The notes beneath the pieces were generated by a model, which worked only from the letters and a program-made list of their open reading frames with translations, was not told where the DNA came from and did no database searches. DNA of 64,000 nt from an uncultured Treponema sp. (GTDB lineage: Bacteria; Spirochaetota; Spirochaetia; Treponematales; Treponemataceae): NCBI GenBank assembly GCA_947177175.1, contig CAMWTK010000006.1:1039-65038 (forward strand), in the 5' to 3' direction. The position numbers and the translations under genes are program-made. This document shows positions 18,865 to 27,607 of the stretch, one piece after another; the first letter of the stretch is position 1, and each line of letters begins with the position of its first letter.

Positions 18865-19488
18865 TCACTGAATGCGCTGGGGTGTCAGCTTCGGAGCCTC
18901 GAATACATCAGCATAATCACCGTCCGTGCAGTGGATGACCATATCGTAATCATAGCCAGAACAAGTTCTACGAATATGATCCTGCCATGTTTCCTGCCAT
19001 TGTGCCTTTGTACCACCGTAGTACACCTCTTTTAGCTGAAAAAAATCAAATGCCCGAGAAAACAAAGGCTCGTATTTCCCTGTCTGATATTCTTCTGCTT
19101 CGGCAAGAGATGAGACATGATGTTTTAACAAATCCCTACGTTCATGATCAGGTCTCATCCTGCCGATAACGCGTAGACTGGCAGGAATCGTTATAATTTT
19201 AAGAGCAGGACAGTCTGCGAATGCACTACTGTAGATTTCCGTCACGCCCTCACAAATCTTAACCTGCTTAAGACGTGCACAACAGCGAAACGCACCTATG
19301 CCAATGTCATACACAGTGCCAGGAATCGTCACGCTTTCAAGCAAATGGCACTCTCTGAGTGCATCACTGGCTATTCCGCATATGCCATCAGGAATTTCAA
19401 GGTTCTTGGGAATCCCGAAATTAAACCCCGTTATGACGGCTCTGCTTTCATTCAGATACCGTGGAAACACATTCTCTTCATCTTTCAT
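18865..19488 (-). CDS. Short BspA-type LRR protein
   Basis: LESVTIPGTVYDIGIGAF repeats, YYGGTKAQW...HCTDG; AAGGGG RBS; low GC. Confidence 0.82.
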   Translation of the reverse strand: MKDEENVFPRYLNESRAVITGFNFGIPKNLEIPDGICGIASDALRECHLLESVTIPGTVYDIGIGAFRCCARLKQVKICEGVTEIYSSAFADCPALKIITIPASLRVIGRMRPDHERRDLLKHHVSSLAEAEEYQTGKYEPLFSRAFDFFQLKEVYYGGTKAQWQETWQDHIRRTCSGYDYDMVIHCTDGDYADVFEAPKLTPQRIQ

Positions 19489-19570
19489 ACAAACCCCTTG
19501 TACATTTTACATCCGTTGATGATTGTTTTGCGCTGCATACGCCGTACGAATTGCATTACAAGCAGGACAT

Positions 19571-19606
19571 GCAAATCGGCACAGTCGAAAGACTGCGCCG
19601 ATTTGC
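19571..19606. other. Long hairpin (16 bp arms, GAAA/TTTC loop) flanked by GCAGGACA direct repeats
   Basis: GCAAATCGGCACAGTC-GAAA-GACTGCGCCGATTTGC. Confidence 0.7.
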
Positions 19607-19612
19607 AGGACA

Positions 19613-19741
19613 CTACTTCTTCCCGCTGTTAGCGGGAGGATTGTTTCCCCTGCCGCCACCGCTCTGGTTGTTGGTTGTTGACGGCATATTGCCGCCCACG
19701 CCCCCGAAAGGATTTCCGGGTTTTACCGTTGTCTTTGCCAT
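19613..19741 (-). CDS. Unannotated 42 aa Gly/Asn/Pro-rich peptide
   Basis: AAGGAG RBS, ATG...TAG; MAKTTVKPGNPFGGVGGNMPSTTNNQSGGGRGNNPPANSGKK. Confidence 0.6.
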   Translation of the reverse strand: MAKTTVKPGNPFGGVGGNMPSTTNNQSGGGRGNNPPANSGKK

Positions 19742-19770
19742 AGTTGGTCTCCTTAGAAAAATATTTTTGA

Positions 19771-19817
19771 AGGAAAGCAACGCTTTCCTGTTTTTACGCG
19801 GAAACTCCGCGTTTTTT
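19771..19817 (+). terminator. Two tandem hairpins with AAC loops, each followed by a T-run on the plus strand
   Basis: AGGAAAGC-aac-GCTTTCCT-gttttt; ACGCGGA-aac-TCCGCGT-ttttt. Confidence 0.5.
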
Positions 19818-19849
19818 CTTCAAATGTTCCCCGTATCTTTTCCGAGTCA

Positions 19850-19957
19850 TTAGTTTTTTCCGCGCCGCTCATAGCTTGCGGATTCCTGCGCCTCCGCTTC
19901 GGTCATAAAAACCGATCGTGGTTTTCCCGACGAATTGAAACACGTGCTGCTTTTCAT
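19850..19957 (-). pseudogene. Possible 35 aa remnant ORF coupled to the DUF6261-like gene
   Basis: ATGA overlap with upstream stop; MKSSTCFNSSGKPRSVFMTEAEAQESASYE. Confidence 0.25.
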
Positions 19958-20688
19958 CAGTCATCCGCTCCCGCGCCTGCCGCGCCGCTCTTCTTCTTTC
20001 CGCCCAATACTTCCTGCTTAAAATGCTCAATCTCGGTGTTGGCGTAGTCGATGAACGCGGCGTAGGCTTCCTCGCCCTCAAGCAGGGCGTGGGCGTTCAC
20101 GTGCAGCACGAGCATGCGGTATGCCTCGTCGCTCGCTGCCCGCGCCGCTTTGAGTGCGCCCGCTGTCTTTGCTGAGCGTTCGTCCGTGCGCTGACCCGTG
20201 AGCGAGCGTACTTCTTCGTTCGCCGCCTTGAGCCGCTCCACGAACGCTGTGAGCGACAGCATCTTCACCTGCTCGGCGAACTTGCCTTCCAAGTCCTGCA
20301 CGAAGTTCACGAGCAAGCCCGTCTCCTTGTCCAGCTGCGCCTGCACGTCGATTTTGTAGTCCTTGACGTGCTGTTGCAAAACTTTCGCCGCCTCCGCCAT
20401 GTCCTCCACGGGGAAGCTCGCGTAGCCCGCCACGGCCTTCTTGTAGCCCGCGTAGAGCTGGTCGCGCAGGCGGTCAGCCGCCGCGATTTTGTCGGTCGTG
20501 AGGCTCTTCGCGCTGGTTTGCAGGTTCTCGTCCTCCGCCGTGACCGCCGCCCGCAGTGCCTTCACCTGCGCCGCGCATTTCTCGGACACCGCCACGTCTT
20601 TCTCCGCGCGCTCCGCCATGTTGGACACGAACAGGAAATGCGCCGCGTTGTTCATGCCGCCCACATATACCGTCTGGATTTCTTTCAT
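19957..20688 (-). CDS. DUF6261-like all-helical protein (copy 1)
   Basis: MNNAAHFLF, ADRLRD, LDKETGLL, FIDYANTEI resemble recalled Bacteroidota DUF6261 proteins; AAGGAG RBS. Confidence 0.75.
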   Translation of the reverse strand: MKEIQTVYVGGMNNAAHFLFVSNMAERAEKDVAVSEKCAAQVKALRAAVTAEDENLQTSAKSLTTDKIAAADRLRDQLYAGYKKAVAGYASFPVEDMAEAAKVLQQHVKDYKIDVQAQLDKETGLLVNFVQDLEGKFAEQVKMLSLTAFVERLKAANEEVRSLTGQRTDERSAKTAGALKAARAASDEAYRMLVLHVNAHALLEGEEAYAAFIDYANTEIEHFKQEVLGGKKKSGAAGAGADD

Positions 20689-20715
20689 AGGAATGCTCCT
20701 TTGCCATATTGTTTT

Positions 20716-20735
20716 GCCGCCGCATACGCGGCGGT
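20716..20735. other. GC hairpin between array 1 and the DUF6261 RBS
   Basis: CCGCCGC-atac-GCGGCGG. Confidence 0.65.
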
Positions 20736-21057
20736 ATTTGTTGTGCCAAATTTGTACTTGTCGAGTGCTGAGAGGGTATCTTGCGCACCAAATTCGTGTT
20801 TGTCGAATGCTGACAGGGCATTTTGTGCGCCAAATTCGTACTTGTTGAGTGCTGGGAATGAATTTGTTGTACCAAATTCATGTTTGTTGACTGCGGGCAA
20901 GGAATTTTGTGTACCAAATTTGCACTTGTCGGTTGCTGACAAAGAATTTGTTGCACAAAATTCGTGTTTGTTGAATGCTGGTAAGGAATTTTGTGTATCA
21001 AATTCGTATTTGTTGAATGCTGACAAAGAATTTGTTGTGCAAAATGCATATTTGTTG
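20736..21057. repeat. Degenerate tandem array, 8 x 42 bp
   Basis: Units start at 20736, 20778, 20820, 20862, 20904, 20946, 20988, 21030. Confidence 0.95.
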
Positions 21058-21092
21058 GGAGAAGAAAGCCTGTCAGCAATGATTTTTGGGGT

Positions 21093-21211
21093 CTTGGGGT
21101 GCAACCCCAAGCTGTGCTGGGAAAGGGTGAGGGGTTGGGAGAGGGAAAACCCCGCTTCGGAAGTAGAGGGTTTTCCCTCTCCCAAGAAAGTTCCCACCGC
21201 TTCCAAGCGGT
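21093..21211 (+). repeat. Dispersed three-hairpin element (REP/MITE-like), copy A
   Basis: High similarity to 38194-38313; three stem-loops. Confidence 0.85.
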
Positions 21212-21226
21212 AAAAAACCGCGTTCA

Positions 21227-21255
21227 TTGCAGAAATCCCCCGCTTTCGCTATAAT
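21227..21255 (+). promoter_or_regulatory. Sigma70 promoter of valS
   Basis: TTGCAG-17-TATAAT. Confidence 0.75.
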
Positions 21256-21289
21256 ACTCGCTGAAAGACTGAGCGCATGGGGTGGCAAC

Positions 21290-24016
21290 ATGAAAGCGAT
21301 TGAACTGGAGAAGGCATACAATCCCAAGGATTTTGAGGACCGCATTTACGCGGCATGGGTGGAGCAGGGGCATTTCCGCCCGCACAGCGACGCGGATTCC
21401 CCCGTGCACGGGCGCGCGGGGCGCACGGACACCACATACACGGTGGTCATTCCGCCGCCGAACGTGACGGGCGTTCTGCACATGGGGCACGCGCTCAACA
21501 ACACGTTGCAGGACGTTGTGGTGCGCTACCACCGTATGTGCGGCGACGACACGCTGTGGGTTCCCGGCACCGACCATGCGGGCATTGCCACGCAGAACGT
21601 GGTGGAGCGGCAGCTCAAGAAAGAGGGCAAGAGCCGCAAGGACCTGGGGCGCGAGGCGTTCCTTGAGCGCACTTGGGCAGTGAAGCGCGACCATCATGCG
21701 ACCATCGTCCGGCAGCAGCAGACGCTCGGCAACAGCGTGGACTGGTCGCGCGAGCGGTTCACGATGGACGAGGGGCTGACAAAGGCCGTCCGCGACGTGT
21801 TCGTCACGCTGTACGAGCGCGGGCTGATATACAAGGGGCAGTACCTCGTCAACTGGTGTCCGCGCTGCGGCACTGCCCTTGCGGACGACGAGGTTGACCA
21901 CATCGACACGAACGGCGCGATGTATCATCTGTATTATGAATTCGCCGACGGCAGCGGAAAGATCGAGGTGGCAACGACTCGCCCGGAGACGTTTTTCGGC
22001 GACACGGCGGTCGCGGTCAATCCCGACGACGAACGCTACCGTTCGCTCGTGGGAAAGACGCTCCGCCTGCCGCTGACGGGCAAGGAGATTCCGATCATTG
22101 CCGACGCGTATGTCGATAAGGAATTCGGGACGGGCATGGTGAAGATTACGCCCGCGCACGACCCCAACGACTGGGAAGTGGGCAAACGCCACGGCCTAGA
22201 GGTGGTCAACCTGCTGAATCCCGACGGCACGCTCAACGAGAACGTGCCAGAAAAATACCGCGGGCTGACGTGCGAGAAGGCGCGCGCGCTGGTCGTCGCC
22301 GACCTGACGGAGGCGGGGCTGTTCAAGGGCGAGGAGAAGCTGACGCATTCGGTGGGGCATTGCTACCGCTGCAAGACCGTGGTCGAGCCGTACCTGTCGT
22401 TCCAGTGGTTCGTGCGGATGCGCCCGCTCGCCGACAAGGCGCTCGCGGCGTGGAAGAACGGCGACATCGAATTTTTCCCGCGCAAATGGGAGCGCACCTA
22501 CGCGCACTGGATGGAAAATATCCGCGACTGGTGCATCAGCCGTCAGCTGTGGTGGGGGCATCGCATTCCCGTGTGGTACTGCAAGGACTGCGGGGAGATG
22601 ATCGTCAGCCGCACCGACCCCGTGTCGTGTCCCAAGTGCGGCGCGTCCGCCGGTACGCTGGAGCAAGATCCCGACGTGCTGGACACCTGGTTCAGCGCGT
22701 GGCTGTGGCCGTTCAGCACGCTCGGCTGGCCGGAAGACACGCCCGACCTGAAAAAATTCTATCCGACTTCCGCGCTCGTGACCGCCTACGACATCATTTT
22801 CTTCTGGGTGAGCCGCATGATCATGGCGGGGCTGGAATTCACGGGCAAAGCCCCGTTCCACGACATTTATATCCACGGGCTGGTGCGCGACAAGCAGGGG
22901 CGCAAGATGAGCAAGTCGCTCGGCAACGGCATTGACCCGCGGGATGTCATCGAGCAGTACGGCGCGGACGCGCTCAAATTCACGCTGTCGTTCCTCTGCG
23001 CGCAGGGGCAGGACATCCTGATCGACAACGAAAGCTTCAAAATGGGCAGCCGATTCTGCAACAAAGTTTGGAACGCGAGCCGCTACATTCTGGGCAACTT
23101 GGAGGGGCGCACGCTCATTCCCGTGGCGGACAGCGACCTAACCGAACTCGACCGGTGGATGTACGTCGCGCTGGATAAGGCGACCCGCGACGTGCGCTCC
23201 GCGTTGGGCGGCTACCGCTACAATGACGCGGCGAGCACCGTGTACGAATTCTTTTGGAACTGTTTCTGCGACTGGTACGTGGAGGCGACCAAGCTGAGCT
23301 TCCGCGGCGATGACGAGCACGAAAAAGACCGCGCGGTTTCCGTCCTGCTCAACGTGCTGGAGGAAAGTCTCCGCCTGCTGCATCCGTTCATTCCGTTCGT
23401 GACCGAAGAGATTTACGGGAAGTTGCCGCGCGCGCAGATTATCGCCAACCGCCGCCAGGCGGGGACGCAGCGCATTCTGCCGAACGACGACTATGATTCG
23501 CTGCTGGTGAACGCGCCGTTCCCTGCCGCGAGCGACGACCGGAAGGACGAGACGGTTGCCGCGCGGTTTGCCGCTGTGCAGGACGTGATTCGGGCGGTGC
23601 GCGGCTTGCGCAACGAGTGCGGCATTGATCCCGCCGTAAAGCTGCATATCGCGCTGCACGTCGTTCCGGGCAGCGATGCCGAAAGCTGCCGCGAGAAGAC
23701 CGACTTGATCTGCCTGCTCGCGGGCGTGTCGGACATCGACTTTGTGGACGCGAAGCCCGCGCAGTCGATCGGCACGGTCGGTCCGGGCTTTGAGGCATTC
23801 ATTTTGATTGACGCCGCCATCAACAGGGAGCAGCTGCGCGCGCGCTTTCAGAAAGACATCGAGAAAACGACTGCCGAAGCCGCGCGCACGGAGGCAAAGC
23901 TGGGCGGCAAGTTCGCCGAGCACGCGCCCGCGGAGCTGGTGCAGGCAGAGCGCGAGAAGCTCGACGAGGCGAAAAGGCGCATAAAAACCTTGCATTCGTA
24001 TATTTCTGCGTTATAA
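21290..24016 (+). CDS. valS: Valine--tRNA ligase
   Basis: PPPNVTGVLHMGH, DWCISRQLWWGH, KMSKS, C-terminal coiled coil. Confidence 0.98.
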   Translation: MKAIELEKAYNPKDFEDRIYAAWVEQGHFRPHSDADSPVHGRAGRTDTTYTVVIPPPNVTGVLHMGHALNNTLQDVVVRYHRMCGDDTLWVPGTDHAGIATQNVVERQLKKEGKSRKDLGREAFLERTWAVKRDHHATIVRQQQTLGNSVDWSRERFTMDEGLTKAVRDVFVTLYERGLIYKGQYLVNWCPRCGTALADDEVDHIDTNGAMYHLYYEFADGSGKIEVATTRPETFFGDTAVAVNPDDERYRSLVGKTLRLPLTGKEIPIIADAYVDKEFGTGMVKITPAHDPNDWEVGKRHGLEVVNLLNPDGTLNENVPEKYRGLTCEKARALVVADLTEAGLFKGEEKLTHSVGHCYRCKTVVEPYLSFQWFVRMRPLADKALAAWKNGDIEFFPRKWERTYAHWMENIRDWCISRQLWWGHRIPVWYCKDCGEMIVSRTDPVSCPKCGASAGTLEQDPDVLDTWFSAWLWPFSTLGWPEDTPDLKKFYPTSALVTAYDIIFFWVSRMIMAGLEFTGKAPFHDIYIHGLVRDKQGRKMSKSLGNGIDPRDVIEQYGADALKFTLSFLCAQGQDILIDNESFKMGSRFCNKVWNASRYILGNLEGRTLIPVADSDLTELDRWMYVALDKATRDVRSALGGYRYNDAASTVYEFFWNCFCDWYVEATKLSFRGDDEHEKDRAVSVLLNVLEESLRLLHPFIPFVTEEIYGKLPRAQIIANRRQAGTQRILPNDDYDSLLVNAPFPAASDDRKDETVAARFAAVQDVIRAVRGLRNECGIDPAVKLHIALHVVPGSDAESCREKTDLICLLAGVSDIDFVDAKPAQSIGTVGPGFEAFILIDAAINREQLRARFQKDIEKTTAEAARTEAKLGGKFAEHAPAELVQAEREKLDEAKRRIKTLHSYISAL

Positions 24017-24043
24017 TTGTAGGAACGATACAGGGGGCGCGCC

Positions 24044-24667
24044 ATGGGAAAATATGAGATGAAGGTCGATAAGCCGGAGCAGATGGATCAGCAGCAGATG
24101 CTCCAGCTCAAGAATATTTTCCTTGCGCCCTACATGCAGATTGCGACCGCGCTGATCGGCAAACGCCGCCGCGCGGGCGGCAATATGTTCCGCCATCAGC
24201 TGGACACGATGACCATCCTCATCGACTACGGCTATATCGACAACATCCTGCTCAAGGCGAGCATCATCCACGACGTGGTGGAGGACATTCCCGGCTTTGA
24301 CCGGGACATCATCCGCTCGTGCGACGAGGACGGCTGCGAAGTGCTCGACTTGGTGCTCGAGGTGACCAAGCGCGACGGAGAGCAGAAAAACCAGTTCCTG
24401 CGCAGGATCATCGAGACGGGAAGCCACAAGGCGAAAGTCCTCAAGTGCGCCGACCGTATCAGCAACATGATTGCGCTGGGCTTCGTCACCGACGAGCAAT
24501 TCATCGAGCGCTACTGCGACGAGACCGAATATTTCATCTTCCCGATCGCGCTGGAAGTTGACTACAATATGTACCTTGAGCTGATTTCGTTGGTGATGAC
24601 GCGTCGCCAGGTGCTGGTGGAAAACGGCTACTTTGAGCGGAAGAAAGCGGAAAATCCTATTGTCTAA
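24044..24667 (+). CDS. Stand-alone HD domain protein of the RelA/SpoT hydrolase (small alarmone hydrolase) type
   Basis: RRAGGNMFRH, ASIIHDVVED, EVTK, KCADRISN. Confidence 0.75.
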   Translation: MGKYEMKVDKPEQMDQQQMLQLKNIFLAPYMQIATALIGKRRRAGGNMFRHQLDTMTILIDYGYIDNILLKASIIHDVVEDIPGFDRDIIRSCDEDGCEVLDLVLEVTKRDGEQKNQFLRRIIETGSHKAKVLKCADRISNMIALGFVTDEQFIERYCDETEYFIFPIALEVDYNMYLELISLVMTRRQVLVENGYFERKKAENPIV

Positions 24668-24744
24668 CCCGGTGAAATGCGGTATTCTTGGAGCAAGAAA
24701 CTTTTTGTACAGTGCCGTCTGCGGACGGTGAGAGGAGTTATACA

Positions 24745-25821
24745 ATGGCAGATGTAAGAGTTGCTATTAACGGCTTTGGTCGTATCGGTCGTTTGGCTTT
24801 CCGCCAGATGTTTGATGCCAAAGGCTATGAAGTTGTCGCCATCAACGATTTGACGAGTCCCAAAATGCTCGCCCACCTTTTGAAGTATGATACCGCGCAG
24901 GGCGGCTATGCCGGTCGTTTTGGCGAGGGCAAGCACACGGTTTCTTTTAAGGACGCGGTGCTTGAGGACGACGGCAAGACCGTCAAAGTGCCCGGCTCAA
25001 TCACGGTTGACGGAAAGGAAATCACCATTTATGCCAAGCCGAATGCGGCTGATCTGCCTTGGGGTGAGCTGAAAGTCGATGTCGTGCTGGAATGCACGGG
25101 CTTCTACGTGTCAAAGGCGAAGAGCCAGGCGCATATCGATGCGGGCGCGCGCAAGGTCGTCATTTCTGCTCCCGCCGGAAGCGACCTGCCCACGATCGTC
25201 TACAACGTGAACCACAAGACGCTGGCCAAGAACGACAACATCATTTCTGCGGCTTCCTGCACCACGAACTGCCTTGCGCCGATGGCAAAGGCGCTGAACG
25301 ATGCGTTCCCCATTCAGAGCGGCATCATGGCGACCATCCACGCGTACACGGGCGACCAGATGATTCTTGACGGTCCGCAGCGCAAGGGTGACCTCCGCCG
25401 CTCACGCGCGGGCGCGCAGAACATCGTCCCGAACAGCACGGGCGCGGCAAAGGCTATCGGTCTGGTCATCCCCGAACTGAACGGCAAGCTGATTGGCTCG
25501 GCGCAGCGCGTTCCCGTTCCGACCGGCTCGACCACCATTCTGACCGCAGTCGTCAAAGGCAGCGACGTTACCAAAGAGGCAATCAATGCCGCAATGAAAA
25601 AGGCTTCTGACCCCGAGACGTTCGGCTACACCGAGGACGAAATCGTTTCAAGCGACGTTATCGGCATGAAGTTCGGCTCGCTGTTCGACGCGACGCAGAC
25701 CATGGTGACCAAAATCACCGACGGGCTGTTTGAGGTGCAGGTCGTCTCTTGGTACGACAACGAGAACAGCTACACGTCACAGATGGTCCGCACCATCAAA
25801 TACTTCAGTGAGAACTGCTAG
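24745..25821 (+). CDS. gap: Type I glyceraldehyde-3-phosphate dehydrogenase
   Basis: [25 protein letters not shown]. Confidence 0.98.
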   Translation: MADVRVAINGFGRIGRLAFRQMFDAKGYEVVAINDLTSPKMLAHLLKYDTAQGGYAGRFGEGKHTVSFKDAVLEDDGKTVKVPGSITVDGKEITIYAKPNAADLPWGELKVDVVLECTGFYVSKAKSQAHIDAGARKVVISAPAGSDLPTIVYNVNHKTLAKNDNIISAASCTTNCLAPMAKALNDAFPIQSGIMATIHAYTGDQMILDGPQRKGDLRRSRAGAQNIVPNSTGAAKAIGLVIPELNGKLIGSAQRVPVPTGSTTILTAVVKGSDVTKEAINAAMKKASDPETFGYTEDEIVSSDVIGMKFGSLFDATQTMVTKITDGLFEVQVVSWYDNENSYTSQMVRTIKYFSENC

Positions 25822-25846
25822 TCGCCCGCTGACGGCATAAAGACGC

Positions 25847-25875
25847 AAAGCCTCCGCTTCAGCGGGGGCTTTTTT
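25847..25875 (+). terminator. Intrinsic terminator after gap
   Basis: AAAGCCTCCGC-ttca-GCGGGGGCTTT followed by T-run. Confidence 0.85.
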
Positions 25876-25968
25876 GTCGCCCGAAAAATTTCCGTGGCAC
25901 GGCGGGGCGTATCGTTTCTCCGTGCCGAAAAATCGCATCAAAACCGCCCGGCTTTTCGCCGATTTTAT

Positions 25969-25997
25969 TTGACTATTCAGAATTCTTAGAGTATAAT
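25969..25997 (+). promoter_or_regulatory. Sigma70 promoter of the rny operon
   Basis: TTGACT-17-TATAAT. Confidence 0.85.
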
Positions 25998-26073
25998 ATA
26001 AGTGTATATTTGTATTTTGTCCTGCAAGAGGCCGCGAGGCTTCCGGGACGGGTGCAATGCGAGGAGTTGCAAT

Positions 26074-27603
26074 ATGAACGTGATGTTGTTCATCGTGCTC
26101 CCCCTTGCTGGAATTGTTCTTGGATGGATTATTCGCTGGTTGTATGCCAGATTTCAGTTGTCTGCGTCAGAGCAAAAAGCTGAACGTGTAAAACAGGATG
26201 CGATAAAAGAGGCCGAAGCACAGAAAAAAGAAATTTTGCTTGAAGCAAAGGATCAACTCATTCGGGAACGGAATCAGCAGGAGCGGGAGAACCGGGAGCG
26301 CCGCAGCGAAGTGCAGAAGTACGAAGCGCGGGTCGCCAAAAAAGAAGAATTGGTGGACAAACGTGCCGCCGAGTTCGACAAGAAAGAGCAGGATTTTGCC
26401 GGTCGCCTTGCGTCCATGAAAAAGCGCGAGGATGCGTTTGCGGCGCAGGAAGAGACGCTCCGTACCGAGTTGGAGCGGATTTCGGGGCTTTCTCAGCAGG
26501 AAGCGAAGAATTTGATCATCAAGAATCTCGAAAACGATGCCCGGCATGACGCGCAGGTGTTGCTCAATAAAATTGAGCAAGAAGCGCAGTTGACGGCGGA
26601 AAAGAAAGCGCAGGAGATTCTTGTCTCTACTATTCAGCGCGTGGCGACGGAGGTCACGAGCGATATTACGGTCACGACGGTTTCGCTTCCGAGCGACGAA
26701 ATGAAAGGTCGTATTATCGGGCGCGAGGGGCGCAATATCCGCACGCTGGAGACGCTGACGGGCGTGGACATCATTATCGACGATACGCCGGAGGCGGTGG
26801 TCATCAGCTGTTTTGATCCCGTGCGCAAAGAAATCGCCAAGCAGTCGCTGGAACGTCTGGTGACGGACGGGCGCATTCATCCTGCCCGCATCGAAGAAAT
26901 CGTGCAAAAAGTGACGCGCGAGATTCAGCAGAAGGTGTACGAAGAGGGCGAGAAAGCGCTGTTCGACCTGGGCATCCACAACATGAGCCAGGACGGCGTT
27001 CGCGCGCTCGGTCGCCTGTATTTCCGCATGAGCTATGGGCAGAACGTGCTCAGCCACAGCAAGGAAGTCGCGGAACTTGCGGCGGTGCTTGCGGCGGAAG
27101 TGGGTGCGAACCGGGAGCTTGCCAAGCGCGCCGCCTTGCTCCATGACATCGGCAAGGGCGCGGAGAGCGACAGCGATCAGAACCACGCGGAAGTGGGCGC
27201 GGAAATGGCGCGGAAAATGGGCGAGGACGCAAAAATCATCAATGCGATTGCCGCGCACCATAACGATGTTGAGGCGACGACCGTTGAGGCGGTCATCGTG
27301 CAGATTGCCGACGCTATCAGTGCCGCCCGTCCGGGTGCGCGCCGCGAGACGGTGGATAATTACGTCAAGCGTCTGGAAAACCTTGAGGAAGTCGCCGAGA
27401 AATTTGACGGCGTGGAAAAAGCCTATGCCATTCAGGCGGGGCGTGAGCTGCGTATCTTGGTCAACAATGAGAAAATTCCCGACGGCGAGGTCAAGGAGCT
27501 GGCGCAGAAAATCGCCAAGCAGATTGAGACGGACTTGCGCTATCCGGGAAGAATCAAGCTGACGATGATTCGTGAAACGCGGATTATCGAATACGCGCGG
27601 TAA
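26074..27603 (+). CDS. rny: Ribonuclease Y
   Basis: N-terminal TM, coiled coil, KH (MKGRIIGREGRNIR), HD (LLHDIGK). Confidence 0.97.
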   Translation: MNVMLFIVLPLAGIVLGWIIRWLYARFQLSASEQKAERVKQDAIKEAEAQKKEILLEAKDQLIRERNQQERENRERRSEVQKYEARVAKKEELVDKRAAEFDKKEQDFAGRLASMKKREDAFAAQEETLRTELERISGLSQQEAKNLIIKNLENDARHDAQVLLNKIEQEAQLTAEKKAQEILVSTIQRVATEVTSDITVTTVSLPSDEMKGRIIGREGRNIRTLETLTGVDIIIDDTPEAVVISCFDPVRKEIAKQSLERLVTDGRIHPARIEEIVQKVTREIQQKVYEEGEKALFDLGIHNMSQDGVRALGRLYFRMSYGQNVLSHSKEVAELAAVLAAEVGANRELAKRAALLHDIGKGAESDSDQNHAEVGAEMARKMGEDAKIINAIAAHHNDVEATTVEAVIVQIADAISAARPGARRETVDNYVKRLENLEEVAEKFDGVEKAYAIQAGRELRILVNNEKIPDGEVKELAQKIAKQIETDLRYPGRIKLTMIRETRIIEYAR

Positions 27604-27607
27604 TTGC

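Noticed and set aside
19869-20081. 70 aa ORF overlapping the DUF6261 3' end
   Set aside because: Alternative frame of a real gene, no RBS.
20736-21057. CRISPR or TIGR array
   Set aside because: No unique spacers; variation is scattered point changes; no cas or Nop-domain gene recognised in the window.
25842-25856. GACGCAAAGCCTCCG resembles part of a c-di-GMP-I riboswitch
   Set aside because: The upstream P2 elements are missing, and the sequence is the 5' arm of the gap terminator.
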